Assembly (NCBI GenBank): GCA_964016885.1
Contig: OZ024740.1
Location: 426,746,001 to 426,810,000, forward strand
Reading direction: 5' to 3'
DNA from: Eledone cirrhosa
Taxonomy: Eukaryota
Length of the DNA: 64,000 nt
In this document: piece after piece, positions 13,736 through 26,130 of the stretch
Layout: each line of letters starts with the position of its first letter
Position numbering within the stretch: the stretch's first letter is position 1
Notes under the pieces: model-generated
What the model saw: the letters and a program-made list of their open reading frames with translations, nothing else
Told to the model about the DNA's origin: nothing
Database searches by the model: none
Translations under genes and position numbers: made by a program

Positions 13736-14159
13736 AGTTCTTATTCATACCGAGTGTAATGCGGAATAACTGTAATGTATTGCAGCCAGAATTTTAATCG
13801 TTTTTCATCATTATTTCTGATGTTTCCTGACAGGTGTATCTAATTAAGTGATTACAATTAATTACATTAATTAACAGGAATATATTTCTACCATTGGAAA
13901 ATAAGCTAATTATATAGCCAATAACAACAACTAGTTTTATATTTCATTTAAATAAATTAATATTTATTTTTTAAAAGTTATTTATTGCTACTGTTCAAGA
14001 TGAATATGAAGATGATGATGACGTTTTCATGCTATTGTTTTGTTAATTTTCTTGATATTTCAATTGATTTTACATGTTGACAAATAGTAATGCCTGTTAT
14101 TTATATTAGTTCGGGGAGTAAGGGATAAGGCCTCATCGATATTGATGACATTTTAAATT

Positions 14160-14675
14160 TAAATAGTAACCGAGTAAGACCAAACACCCTTGAAATAGTA
14201 ACCGAGTAAGGCCAAACACCATTGAAATAGTAACCGAGTCAGACCAAACACCCTTGAAATAGTAACCGAGTAAGGCCAAACACTATTGAAATAGTAACCG
14301 AGTAAGGCTAAATACCCTTGAAATAGTAACCGAGTCAGACCAAATACCATTGAAATAGTAACCGAGTAAGGCCAAACACTATTGAAATAGTAACCGAGTA
14401 AGGCTAAACACCCTTGAAATAGTAACCGAGTAAGACCAAACACCCTTGAAATAGTAACCGTGTAATGCCAAACACCATTGAAATAGTAACCGAGTAAGTC
14501 CAAACACCATTGAAATAGTAACCGAGTAAGACCAAACACTATTGAAATAGTAACCGAGTAAGGCCAAACACCATTGGAATAGTAACCGAGTAAGACAAAA
14601 CACCATTGAAATAGTAACCGAGTAAGGCCAAACACCATTGAAATAGTAACCGAGTAAGGCCAAACACCATTGAAA
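14160..14675. repeat. 32-bp minisatellite (ttgaaatagtaaccgagtaaggccaaacacca), about 16 copies
   Basis: Direct reading; period 32. Confidence 0.95.
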
Positions 14676-14764
14676 TTCACCAAACCATTTCTAATTGAAA
14701 CTATTGATATGTACATATGACATTGTCCCTTTTACCTGATCAGTATATTTTATTTACAATAATA

Positions 14765-14867
14765 ATAATTGTTTCTACTTTTGGCACAAGGCCAGCAATT
14801 ATCCCATTGTATTACTGGTGCTTTATTTTATCGACCCCGTAAGGATGAAAGGCAAAGTTAACCTCGA
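14765..14867 (-). mobile_element. SINE family A, 3' half
   Basis: Reverse complement of cgaggttaactttgcctttcatccttacggggtcgataaaataaagcaccag...ttgtgccaaaagtagaaacaatta. Confidence 0.7.
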
Positions 14868-16665
14868 ATAACGTCACTGAATCCATCAAATTTCAACATT
14901 AGATTATAATAATTAAACGTTTTACCATACGCTTTTAGATGGAACCAAATAGATAGAAAATCTGCCATTGGCATCATCTTGTGTGCTTTTATTTCTATTA
15001 CGTTTCTGGTTTCAGGAAAAACTCACTTCTTTTTTGCAGCAAATTATCAATCCTCTTTTCTACCTTGCACGCCCCATCCCCCCCAAACACAGGGAAACCA
15101 CGAAAGACGCTTATCTTCTTCCACTTCTTACTGAGACATTAAAACAATATACCTGATATATAACAATTTATCTCAAATTAAAATGATGTACCTGTACCCA
15201 CTAAAAGGCCTGAAAAATATAACCCATTTTCACTAACCAAGATTATTTTCCCTTGTCAAATGTTACCTAAACAAATCATTACATCATAGTTTATTCTGCT
15301 TGTTACTGCTCAGTAACTCATAACCTACCATTCCATACACCATTACAATTTCCTTATACCTACTAATCATCCCAATACATCCTGGTAAGACAAATATAAT
15401 TTCATATGACAGTAAAATCCTCTCTCCATCATCTATATTTTTATATTAGTAAAACAGTTGATGGTGTCTTATGAAATAAAACATTCTGGCTGAATTACCT
15501 TCCCTCCACCACATAATCATCTTCATCCGAAATATCTTGAAAGTCTTCAGACGCTAACCAGTCAAATGCCAACCAAACTGTGAACCCTCCTCTCTACCGA
15601 TTTTGTTCAATCTTTAGGATTTGTAATCCCTTCTCTTCTTCTTTGTTCCTCCGTACATCGCCTCTAACTCTGTTTACTCTTATGCAGATTACAAAGTCCT
15701 TCTTCTAACTTTACTAAACCTCAAATGTGTGATATATTTATGGATAGCGGAACATACTTCTAAATATCTATTTCTTCAATTAATGAAGATCTTAACTTTA
15801 TGTTGTAGAGGCAGATAAACAAGGACGTTTAATGTTAGCTGTTCTTGTTTAGGCTTAGATCAACGCTCATCAAGCAAACCTCTCATAAAATCCCCCCCAA
15901 CCGCCACAATCCAGCATCTTTTATTCATACATCCCACAACTTATCTTTTATTTTAAACATAAGGAATTCAGAACCACATAACAGAATGCATTCTTGTTTT
16001 ATTTCTATAAAAATAAAAATGAACGGTTTTGCGTAACGAAATTTGGTGGTTGTTTCTAGCGGTTTGATCGAGTATCTAGAAGCTCACATGTTGCTTATCC
16101 CTATTTGGACCCTGATAAAGCTGGCCTATGGTCAATAGCATTCCAGTAGTAACTATCCCATCTTTTTATTGAGGCATAGTACATCCAGAACCATATTCTC
16201 ATATGAACCACTCCATTTTATTAAATGAATACCGTAGATATCTTCAAGGGGAAGATGAGAAAGTAAGTTGACCTCGGGTGGATTTGATCTCAGAGAGCAA
16301 AGATCCAGAACGAATACTACAATGACCACTTAGCGGCGTTACGATGATTCTGCTCATTCGCTGCCTGTGATAACATATAAATACAGAGATAAGACATGGT
16401 TAAAATATTCATATTCCCTAATACATGCACGAAGAAATATTGTAACAGTTAATCCGTCATATAAGACAATGTAACTATTGGTCTTTCTGTTGTTGATATT
16501 ATCGCAACTCCTGGGAGAGCACCTGGGAAAATAAAGTAATAAAAATAAAATTGAATCCAGGATAATAGCGTCAGGTGAAATGTATTCAAATTAACTAACT
16601 GACCTTTCATTGTTTTCATCTTAGAAATTAATGAGTAGACGTACAGACAGACAGCCATATTGTAT

Positions 16666-16733
<68 letters not shown>

Positions 16734-16879
16734 TAGAAAAAGAAAGTAAGGTTCTATACAAAACAGTTGATATAGAGAAACGGTGAAGTTGGAAATAGCA
16801 CGGAAAATATATTTCAGGGTCTGTTTTTCTTTTTTTATTCTCCCTTTGATTCATCAAAGTGTCATTATTGAAATGATAA

Positions 16880-17010
16880 CGCCCCTTTACGGTTTAAGTT
16901 CAAATCCCGTCGTGGTTAACTTTGCCTTTCATCCTTACGGGTCGATAAAATAAAGTACCAGTAATGTACTGGGTATGTGCTGGCCGTGTGCCAAAAGTAG
17001 AAACAATTAT
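16880..17010 (+). mobile_element. SINE family A, 3' part
   Basis: aagttcaaatcccgtcgtggttaactttgcctttcatccttacgggtcgataaaataaagtaccag. Confidence 0.7.
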
Positions 17011-17111
17011 TGAAAAGATAACATTATTGAAAAAATGAGAGGTACAATTCATTTTTTAAAAAAGGTTTTATAATGTATATAAAGTATATAAAGTATATAA
17101 AGTATATAAAG

Positions 17112-17156
17112 TATTACCGGTTTCGATGTATTATTAAAATTCATCTTATCAAATGT
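17112..17156 (-). ncRNA. Hammerhead motif, U3-A8 variant, weak stem I
   Basis: Reverse complement: at-TTGATAA-gatg...catc-GAAA-ccgg-TA-at. Confidence 0.55.
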
Positions 17157-17349
17157 TCAGTATTGAAATAAATTAAAAGAATTAATAGGAGTTAAAAACT
17201 AAAGATTTAGAATTAAAATCAAATGTTGGAGAAAGTTTTCTTCCATCTTTCTTGCTCAAAGTTTGGCTCCAGCCAAATTGTGAGCAAGAAAGATGGTACA
17301 GTATATGGAAGGGATATATTAGGTTAACGCTTGATGAAGCAGGGAGAGG

Positions 17350-17386
17350 GTCTTAACTTTTCGGACGCTAGTTCTTCATCAGAAGA
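17350..17386 (-). ncRNA. Degenerate hammerhead motif
   Basis: Reverse complement: tctt-CTGATGA-agaactagcgtcc-GAAA-agt-TA-aga; stems imperfect. Confidence 0.4.
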
Positions 17387-17518
17387 AAGAATGAGAAATA
17401 AATTAGATTGAGGGGACAGGTGGGTTGGAATTGGAAAAAAATATCTTTAGATAAAAATAACATGTCCATTCATGTTGGCATCTCTTGCAAAACTGTGGGT
17501 GCTGGCGTTTTGTGCATG

Positions 17519-17575
<57 letters not shown>

Positions 17576-17828
17576 TGTGTGTGTATTTGCATAAGCTTCG
17601 TCTTAACTATTAATTAACTGTGTTATTAATTACTACTTTAACGTGTTGTATGCCTTCACTTAGTTAAGTGCTTATTTACTGGCAAGACGAAACAAGCACA
17701 CGCACACTCCACTCTTGTGTATGAACTTTAATTTCACAGGAGAGGGTTGTTGAAGGGGATAGATATATATAGTACTCCAGTTAGGCCATACTCTCGTCAC
17801 TGAAGGAGCAAATAAAATGTGTGTATAT

Positions 17829-17905
<77 letters not shown>

Positions 17906-18023
17906 TAAACGGAATAGAAAATGCTGACAAATTGTTCACAGTTGAAAAATGGTTTAATTAGGAATAAAAGAGTATTAGTGATTGTATGGGTTAGTATTCA
18001 GTTGTGGTTTTAAGTTTTTAAGC

Positions 18024-18060
18024 TTTTACCGGTTGCGCATTTCTAAATGCTTTTCAAAAA
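18024..18060 (-). ncRNA. Degenerate U3-A8 hammerhead (GAAA->GCAA), related to 12243
   Basis: Reverse complement: ttt-TTGAAAA-gcatttagaaatgc-GCAA-ccgg-TA-aaa. Confidence 0.5.
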
Positions 18061-18097
18061 TAATTTTGAGATAGAGTGTCCGTGCTGTTTGCTCTGA

Positions 18098-18155
<58 letters not shown>

Positions 18156-18159
<4 letters not shown>

Positions 18160-21100
18160 CTGTCTGATAGCTATGGTAGCGGGACTCAATGTCCTGGCAG
18201 GTTTTACCATGTTACAGAGATATCAGACTATTGGTCTTAGAGATGATTCATCATCTTCTAGAGTTAAAAAGCTAGCTAAACTGAAGAGCTACCGGCCTGC
18301 ACTCCCAGCCAGTGGGATGGCGTCATCTTATGGTTAAAACAGCACGAAAAAAGGGGCCTCAGTACCCTGCGCGTCAATCGGGCCACTCCACGACGGCGGA
18401 GTGCAACCCGAGCGACGAGAGGCTGCTAAGAATCACAGGTTCCCGAAGGCCGCCAAGGAACAGGACTAACCTTGCCATATGCACCTACAACTCCAGATCT
18501 TTGGCAGGGGGGCAAGGACTGAACCACCTAATGGAGGAGAAGAAGAAGATCAGGTGCGACGTGTTAGGGCTGTGCGAGACCCGCCAGAAGAAGGAGGCGA
18601 GTTCACGACGGTAAGATGGATGCGCCCTGAGACTCGGGAAAGCAGAGGATGCCAGATCGGTCGGAGGTATAGGGTTCATCGTAAACAAGGAATGGGCTTC
18701 GAAGGTCACTTCTTGCCAGTTCATATCGTCACGGATTGGTGTACTGAACGTGAACCTCTCAGGGAAGGCCACCCTCAAGATCCTCCAGACCTACGCTCCC
18801 ACAAGTGCCAGCGACGACGATGAAGTGGAAGAATTCTATCGCCAGCTAGACAAAGTGCTAGCTGTGAAGTCCACTTACACCGTTGTGATGGGAGACTTCA
18901 ATGCAAAGGTCGGACAGGGACGGCAAGGGGAAGTGTATGTAGGAAGATTCGGCCTAGGAGAGCGAAATGAGAGAGGAGAGCGTCTGGTCACCATGGCGGA
19001 GGCGAGACGGCTCTAAATCGGAAACAGCCTATTCAAGAAGACGGAGAAGAGATGGACCTGGGTATCGCCAAATTCTGAGCACCGAAACGAGATTGACTAC
19101 ATCTTGGTCGACAAGTGGCGCATACTGAACGACGTCTCTCTCATAACGCCATTCAACACTGGCAGTGATCATCGTCTGGTGAGGGTGAGGATCGTCATCG
19201 ACCGGACGAGGGAGAAGAAGGCGCTGCATTTGGCGTCGAAGGGAGAACGCGTCCGGGTCTTCAACGAGGCGCAGCTGCAAGAAGCCATTATGCAGGAAAA
19301 GTGGCGTCAAGGAGACGACATAGACGCTGATTACGACTCACTGATAAGGAAACTGAAGGAGTGCTTGAGGAAGGCTAAGGGTGTGTGCCCGAGGGAGCGG
19401 AAGGGAAGAGTCTCGGAGGAAACTATGAAGTTGCTTGAGAAAAGGAAGAATATGAAGAGGACACCTGAAGATCACCTCGAATATTCCCTTCTCAGCAGAG
19501 TGATACGTCAACAACTGAAGAGAGACTTCGAGGCATACCGGATGGAGAAGCTCCTGAAGGCCGCGAAGGAAAAGAAGAGCCTCAAGAAATGCGAGAGGGA
19601 CATGACAATTTACAGATCGGAGGCGACGACCCTGAAGAACACAGCTGGAGTACCAGTCAGTGACAAGAGTGAGGTGGAAAAGGTTTGCGAAGACTTCTAC
19701 ACCAAGCTCTTCAAGTCTGCCGGGAATGTGCAGCCATTGCCGTCACTCCAACAGGAAGAAAATGTGTCACCCATCCTTGTCGGTGAGGTCGAAAGAGCCG
19801 TCCGCTTGATGAAAAGCGGAAAGGCGCCAGGGAAAGACGGCATAACATCGGAGGTGTTGAAGTCAGGCCGAGAGCAGCTCTGGAAAATCATCGCCGAGCG
19901 ATTCACACAATATCACGACGAGGGAAGAATACCCTCGCAGTGGAAAGAGTCGAATACCATCCTGCTATACAAGAAGGGCGATAGAGAAGATCTGAAGAAC
20001 TACCGACCCATATGCTTAGTGTCTCACGTCTACAAGCTATTCACGAAGATAATCCTGAACAGGTTATCACGTCATCTGGACGAACAGCAACCGAGAGAGC
20101 AAGCCGGCTTCCGGAAAAATTATAGCACGATGGATCACATATTTACTCTGACACAACTGCTTGAGCGAGCGAAAGAGTACAAGATGCCTCTTTGCGTCGC
20201 GTTCGTTTCCTACAAGAAGGCCTTCGACAGCGTCGAAATCAACGCAGTTCTGAACTCGCTGCAGAGGCAAGGAGTAGAGGCGCAATACGTTCAACTGCTC
20301 AGGGAGGCGAGTTCCGGATGCACCCCCGACATAGCTCTGCTGTCATCACCCGTACGAGTGCCGGTCGAGAAGGGAGTGAAGCAAGGAGATACGATCTCTC
20401 CAAAACTTTTCACCGCGTATCTCGAGCAGATCATCAGAGGCATTGATTGGCAAGGCGGTGTCAACATCGACGGCGAGATACTTAGCCACCTCCGTTTCGC
20501 TGATGACATCGTACTCATCGCTGAAACCACGGATCAGCTTCAGACCATGTTGACGGAGCTCGACATCAAAAGCTCTGCAGTAGGCCTCAAGATGAACCGT
20601 ATGAAAACGAAGCTCATGCGGTCCGACAACTTACCAAAAGGTCGAATGGTGGATGGCGGTGATGACATAGAGGAGGTGGAGGAATACGTCTACCTGGGAG
20701 AAGAAGTGAACAAGCGCCGTGACATTGAGAAGGAGATCTCGCGGAGAGTAAGGGCCGGATGAAAGGTGTTCAACGGCATAAGGGATGTGCTCAAGTGGAG
20801 GTTGGACAAGACCACCCGCGCCAACCCCTTCAATAGCAGTTTTACCTGTATTGTTATATGGCAGTGAAACTTGGGTTACAACGAAGAGAGAAGAGCAGAG
20901 GCTGGTAACGGCTCAAAGAGCCATGGAGAGATCAATCCTAGGAATCTTGTTGAGAGAGCACATCAGGAGCGAAGTCATCAGACAGAAGTCTGGCGTGAGG
21001 GACGTCATCACGGAATATATGCGCAGCAAGTTCAGATGGGCTGGACACGTCGCCCGGTCCACCGATAATCGGTGGACCCGCACAGCTGCCGAGCGGCACC

Positions 21101-21280
21101 CGCGCGAGCGGAAACGACCACTTGGAAGGCCTCCGCGAGGGTGGAGTTGAGATTTTAAGAATCTGATTGGGACTACATGGATGAGGAAAGCACGATCCAG
21201 GGAGGAATGGACGGCGTGCTGTGACCAGCGGCGCCGAATGGACGCCCGAGAGACTGGTCGGTCAAGGTGATCAAGGTGAT
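18156..21280 (+). mobile_element. Near full-length RTE-clade LINE (APE endonuclease + reverse transcriptase), inactivated, inserted in (TA)n
   Basis: APE motifs TYNSRSL, GLCETR, YAPT, GDFNAK, IDYILV, SDH; RT motifs YRPICL, QAGFR, KKAFDSV, QGDTISPKLF, LRFADDIVL; C-terminal WAGHVAR/RPLGRP. Stops at ~18612, 19014 and 20760 plus frameshifts; short 3' tandem caaggtgat x2. Confidence 0.95.
19104..20762 (+). pseudogene. RTE reverse transcriptase segment (552-aa open stretch of a disrupted ORF)
   Basis: FADD motif intact; first catalytic Asp reads S (FVSYKKAFD); premature stops at both ends. Confidence 0.85.
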
Positions 21281-21357
21281 ATATATATTTATACATATAT
21301 ATATGTACACATATGTACACACATATATGTACATATATATGTATATACCCCCCCTCC

Positions 21358-21392
<35 letters not shown>

Positions 21393-21461
21393 TTAATAAT
21401 TATTATAAAAGTAAATTAATTTGTTTTAAACGTTTTCTAACCCAGAAAAAAGAGAAAAAAA

Positions 21462-21593
21462 TGACGGAAACAAATTTGTTTTTCTTCCTAATAATCTTTT
21501 TTTATCCCTATATATATACATATATATATATATATATAATGGAAAAATTTGAACAGGAACAAAACAGAGAGGCAGTACAACGAATGTTTATTA

Positions 21594-21637
<44 letters not shown>

Positions 21638-21692
21638 TAATAAACATTCGTTGTACTGCCTCTCTGTTTTGTTCCTGTTCAAATGTTTCCAT

Positions 21693-21732
<40 letters not shown>

Positions 21733-21777
21733 GGGATAAAAAAAAATAATTAGGAAGAAAAAAAAATTTGTTTCCGT

Positions 21778-21779
<2 letters not shown>
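21462..21779. repeat. ~320-bp inverted repeat centred on (TA)n
   Basis: tgacggaaacaaattt...gaacaggaacaaaacagagaggcagtacaacgaatgtttattaatt-(TA)n-aattaataaacattcgttgtactgcctctctgttttgttcctgttc...aaatttgtttccgtca. Confidence 0.9.
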
Positions 21780-21813
<34 letters not shown>

Positions 21814-21920
21814 AATATATATATCTGTGTATAGGGAGAAGAACGATTATTAGGAAGAAAAATTTTATATATATATATATATATAATATAAAATCAAAAG
21901 ATGGTTAAAAGAGTTCCATG

Positions 21921-21991
21921 TATTTTATTATGCACATTTCAAAAACAAATATCATCATGGGATGATATTTGCGTTCTCATCAGATAAAATA
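21921..21991 (-). ncRNA. Type I hammerhead ribozyme
   Basis: Reverse-complement copy of the 6485 motif, stem III tgtgca. Confidence 0.8.
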
Positions 21992-22887
21992 GGGAGACAT
22001 GATATGAAGCTTAAAAAGCACATGCGAGCAGTGAAGTGTTAAATCAACATATGAGAAATAAGATAAGATGGATATGTGAGATTGGGAAAAAGGAAAGGAA
22101 GGGGGAAGGAAAAGGTAAGGAAGAGGAAGAAAAAATATAGATAGAAGAAAAAAATAATAATAATAAGGAAAGGATGACGGAGGAGGAGTATAAAAAGGAA
22201 GGATGAGAGAGGAGGAGAAATGAGTGAGAGAGAGAGAGAACCTTTAATACTGAGATCTCTGTCTCACAGAGAAAAACAAACCGATGTAAGATAATACATA
22301 ATTTTTAAAAATTAAGGAATTAAAAGTTAATGAGGTTTATGAATGGTGATGCTTATTGATTAAAGAAAAAGGAATTAAGAATACTATTTATTTAAGGTTT
22401 ATATATTGAAGGGTTTAATAAGATGTGCGAAAAGGAATATATTAAAATGTATTATTAAAATGAAATATATTAAGGAGATAAGGTGAATGAAGATAAGGTT
22501 AAATGAATTCTTAATTCCTTTTTCTTTAATCAATAAGCATCACCTCATTAAATTTTAATTCCTTAATTTTTTTAAATTATGCATTATCTTACAACGGTTT
22601 TTTTTTCTCTGTGAGACAGAGTTTCTCAGTATTAAAGGTTCTTTAATACTCTCACTCATTTCTCCTCCTCTCTCATCCTTCCTTTTTATACTCCTCCTCC
22701 GTCATCCTTTCCTTATTATTATTATTTTTTTCTTCTATCTATATTTTTTCTTCCTCTTCCTTACCTTTTCCTTCCCCCTTCCTTTCCTTTTTCCCAATCT
22801 CACATATCCATCTTATCTTATTTCTCATATGTTGATTTAACACTTCACTGCTCGCATGTGCTTTTTAAGCTTCATATCATGTCTCCC

Positions 22888-22958
22888 TATTTTATCTGAT
22901 GAGAACGCAAATATCATCCCATGATGATATTTGTTTTTGAAATGTGCATAATAAAATA
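22888..22958 (+). ncRNA. Type I hammerhead ribozyme
   Basis: tattttat-CTGATGA-gaacgcaaatatcatcccatgatgatatttgttttt-GAAA-tgtgca-TA-ataaaata. Confidence 0.8.
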
Positions 22959-23283
22959 CATGGAACTCTTTTAACCATCTTTTGATTTTATATTATTTAT
23001 ACTCCAGGCCTATAAACTGTTGAGTGCTACTTATTTGCATTGCTTTATTGTGCTACAATAAAACTCACCTGCTACATATATATATAGAGAGAGACAGAGA
23101 GGGAGAGAGAGGAGGTAGATATCTATATATATATATTGATAGAGAGAGAGATTGATAGATATGTGTGTGTGAATTATTCTTCATTGTGGATAAAACCACC
23201 TGTGCTTAGAAAATAGCGAGCACAATTTGAAAATCAATCAATGTTACGACGAAATTTTCTAAATCAGTTTTCATATACACACA

Positions 23284-23346
<63 letters not shown>

Positions 23347-23358
23347 TCTCTCTCTCAC

Positions 23359-23389
<31 letters not shown>

Positions 23390-23400
23390 GTGTTTCTGTG

Positions 23401-23545
23401 TAGACACATGGCTTAGTGGTCAGCGCGTTGAACTAACGATATTGAGGCTGTGAGTTTGATTCTCGCGATGTGTTATGGTTTTATGTCCTTGAGCAAGACA
23501 CTTTATGTTACGTGGCTCCAGTTCATTCAGCTATAGAAATGGATT
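23401..23545 (+). mobile_element. SINE family B
   Basis: catggcttagtggtcagcgcg...gagtttgattc...gtccttgagcaagacacttt...ctccagttcattcagct. Confidence 0.65.
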
Positions 23546-24396
23546 ACAACGTCACTGTAAGCAAGCAATATCGACTTCCGCCTTTCCTTGGAGAACACCT
23601 CTCCCCAACAGTATGTTGTATTTAATTGTCTCATCAGGTTTTTAATGATATAGTTGCCAATCCCATTATGCTTCAATCTCTTTGGTGACAGGAGAAATAA
23701 TTTAAACATATATAGTATAGAACCGAAAAAGATACTGCAATGAATCTCGCCAGTTATTATATACATTCGGAGAAACCACGACACGTTACCGCCCTGGACT
23801 GGTACTCTATATGTCAACACCTAAAATATAAATACAAAGTTGAGCACTACGTGGTTTCAATTCAGTGTGTAGAGGATGGGAAATGATGGGGCAACGCTTT
23901 CAATCTAACGCTCTAATAATTCTGACAATCTATTTATGAGTAAAGATTAAACTCAGGCAGTTATACGTATATATACATATAACATCTATCGTTGTCTTAT
24001 CAAGTGCATGTGTGTGTTGATGTTCTCTCTCTCTTTCACTGCCTCTGTCTATCTCACTCTCTCCAACTCTCAATATAATATGCACATGGAAACCCACGCG
24101 TTGGCTTCCCCGCGCCCCCGGCTGGCAGAATAGAGGCGTCTCCCTGGAGGAGGGTGAGGGAGACGCATTGCAAGGGCCATTTCAGTTCGCCAGACTCACA
24201 CCCATGGGTAGCCAACACGATGCCGATGGTGGTCCTAGAACCAAGGACACCAGAAATCTACTATCCGCTTCACAAGAAGAAATGAGTTTAGGTGTAGTGA
24301 AATATAAAAAAACAGAATTTGAAAGTCAAGAAATTCCCGACAATTAGCGTAATCTAGAATTTCATATAACTACACCAGGACACACATATACACAAT

Positions 24397-24461
<65 letters not shown>

Positions 24462-24481
24462 ATGAATAAGTATCTATCTAT

Positions 24482-24541
<60 letters not shown>

Positions 24542-25769
24542 CAAGTGCCTTGCCCTAAGGAAACACTCACCACCATGGAACGCATGCTCTTCCAATTTCT
24601 TTGGAAGAAGCGTCCTCCTATGGTGAGAAGATCCATCTGCTGCCAACAACCTTCGAAAGGAGGGCTGGGGATGCCGTGGTTGATGATGCGTAGGCACGCA
24701 TTAAGGCTACGGCACCTACAGGTATTCCTCACTGGTCAACCGGTGTGGGCTCCGTTCGTGAAACGAGCCTTTCCGAGACTCGTCTCGCTCACCGAGCTAC
24801 AGTCCTGGGTCAAGCAAAGATCCGGAAAACTGGGAGACTGGCACACTGAGTGTGCTCAGGCGCTCAGGGCTCTCTGGCAAGCGGGCCAGGCCATCGGTGG
24901 AGAATCCACCTCATCATTCTATAGAGGGCTGGTGGCTAGCAGGGGCGATGACACCCTTGGAGAGTCGCTGGACATGGAAGAAGACGAACTGGCCAGCCTG
25001 TTCGGTAGGACTTTCGGCCCAAGACCAATGGACAACTTCCAGAAGTCACTGGCCTGGCAGTGCTACCGGGGGGCTCTACCCGTTCGAGAGAGGCTCTACA
25101 GACACGGACGCCCGGGCAGGGATCCCTCAAAAAAGATTTGCCCTAGATGCGTGCGTCACGAAGAAACCGTTGCGCACGCATTGGTGCAATGTCCGGGCGT
25201 GGCTGATCTGTGGGGCTACGCCAAACGACTGCTGTCGCGGGTGGCACCGATTAAATTGACCGCCGAGTCCGTGATGACAATCAAACCGCCTCCCCTCTTC
25301 ACAAAGGAAGCAAACGCGGTTTTTCTGTGCGTAATAGCCATGTTGAAAGAGGTTGTTTGGTGGACACGATTGAAAGGTCTGAGGTCAGGCAACTTCCTCT
25401 CTGGCCATAGTCTGGTCTACTTCTTCCGATATCACTTCGGAAGAAGGATAAGAATGGAGAGAGAGGTGCTTGGCCACAGGCAGTTTTATGAAAGGTGGGT
25501 GATAGTGGCGAAAATGGCTCGTGTAAATGGGCCTTCTCTGTGTACCATCCTGTAGGTAAAGAAGTAAAGGAGAGGGGAGCACCTTCTCCATGTGCTCCCC
25601 GGGCAAAGGATTGCACACTTTTTCGGGGGTGTGTGCAACCCCCATCACGTCCCCTCCCTTTTGAGGTTATTTTCGATTATTTTCATGTTACACCCTTTTT
25701 ACTCGATTATATGTAAACTCCCCCTTTGTATTTGTCCCTTCTTTTTATGCCTTTATGGTAAATAAAGAA

Positions 25770-25770
<1 letters not shown>
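24542..25770 (+). mobile_element. 5'-truncated L1/Tx1-type LINE: ORF2 C-terminus (zf-RVT) and 3' UTR, inserted in (TCTA)n
   Basis: 336-aa open frame 24545-25555 with FLW..K...P..KGGLG, W....ALPVRERL, CPRC...ETVAHALVQC; 3' aataaagaaa; (TCTA)n on both sides. Confidence 0.85.
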
Positions 25771-25827
<57 letters not shown>

Positions 25828-25830
25828 TTA

Positions 25831-25890
<60 letters not shown>

Positions 25891-25983
25891 AGTTTATCCG
25901 GGTTCAATCGGGGGTAACCCCAGTAAGTAAGGTACTCAATACAAAGCAGAGTATAAATATTTAATGTGTATTTAATGTAGAAA

Positions 25984-26034
25984 GGCTTCTACCGGACTAG
26001 AACTCTTTCATTCCGGAGAAATCATCAGGAAGCC
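25984..26034 (-). ncRNA. Hammerhead motif with degenerate stem III
   Basis: Reverse complement: ggcttc-CTGATGA-tttctccggaat-GAAA-gagttctagtccgg-TA-gaagcc; 6-bp perfect stem I; (TA)n-flanked unit. Confidence 0.6.
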
Positions 26035-26043
26035 ATTCGACAT

Positions 26044-26130
<87 letters not shown>

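Larger units (their letters stand above)
21884..23075. mobile_element. Fold-back remnant of the same Penelope family as 4703-6590: inverted 3' UTR/pLTR, direct pLTR, and tail
   Basis: 21884-22510 is the reverse complement of ~5965-6590; 22511-22995 is a direct copy of ~6093-6590; HHRs at 21921-21991 (-) and 22888-22958 (+). Confidence 0.9.

Noticed and set aside
14159-14716. 185-aa hydrophobic ORF / CRISPR-like repeat
   Set aside because: Translation of a 32-bp minisatellite with no spacers.
16795-16863. Possible hammerhead on minus strand (TTGATGA...GAAA tatat)
   Set aside because: Core 3/8 pair is only U-G and stem I does not close convincingly.
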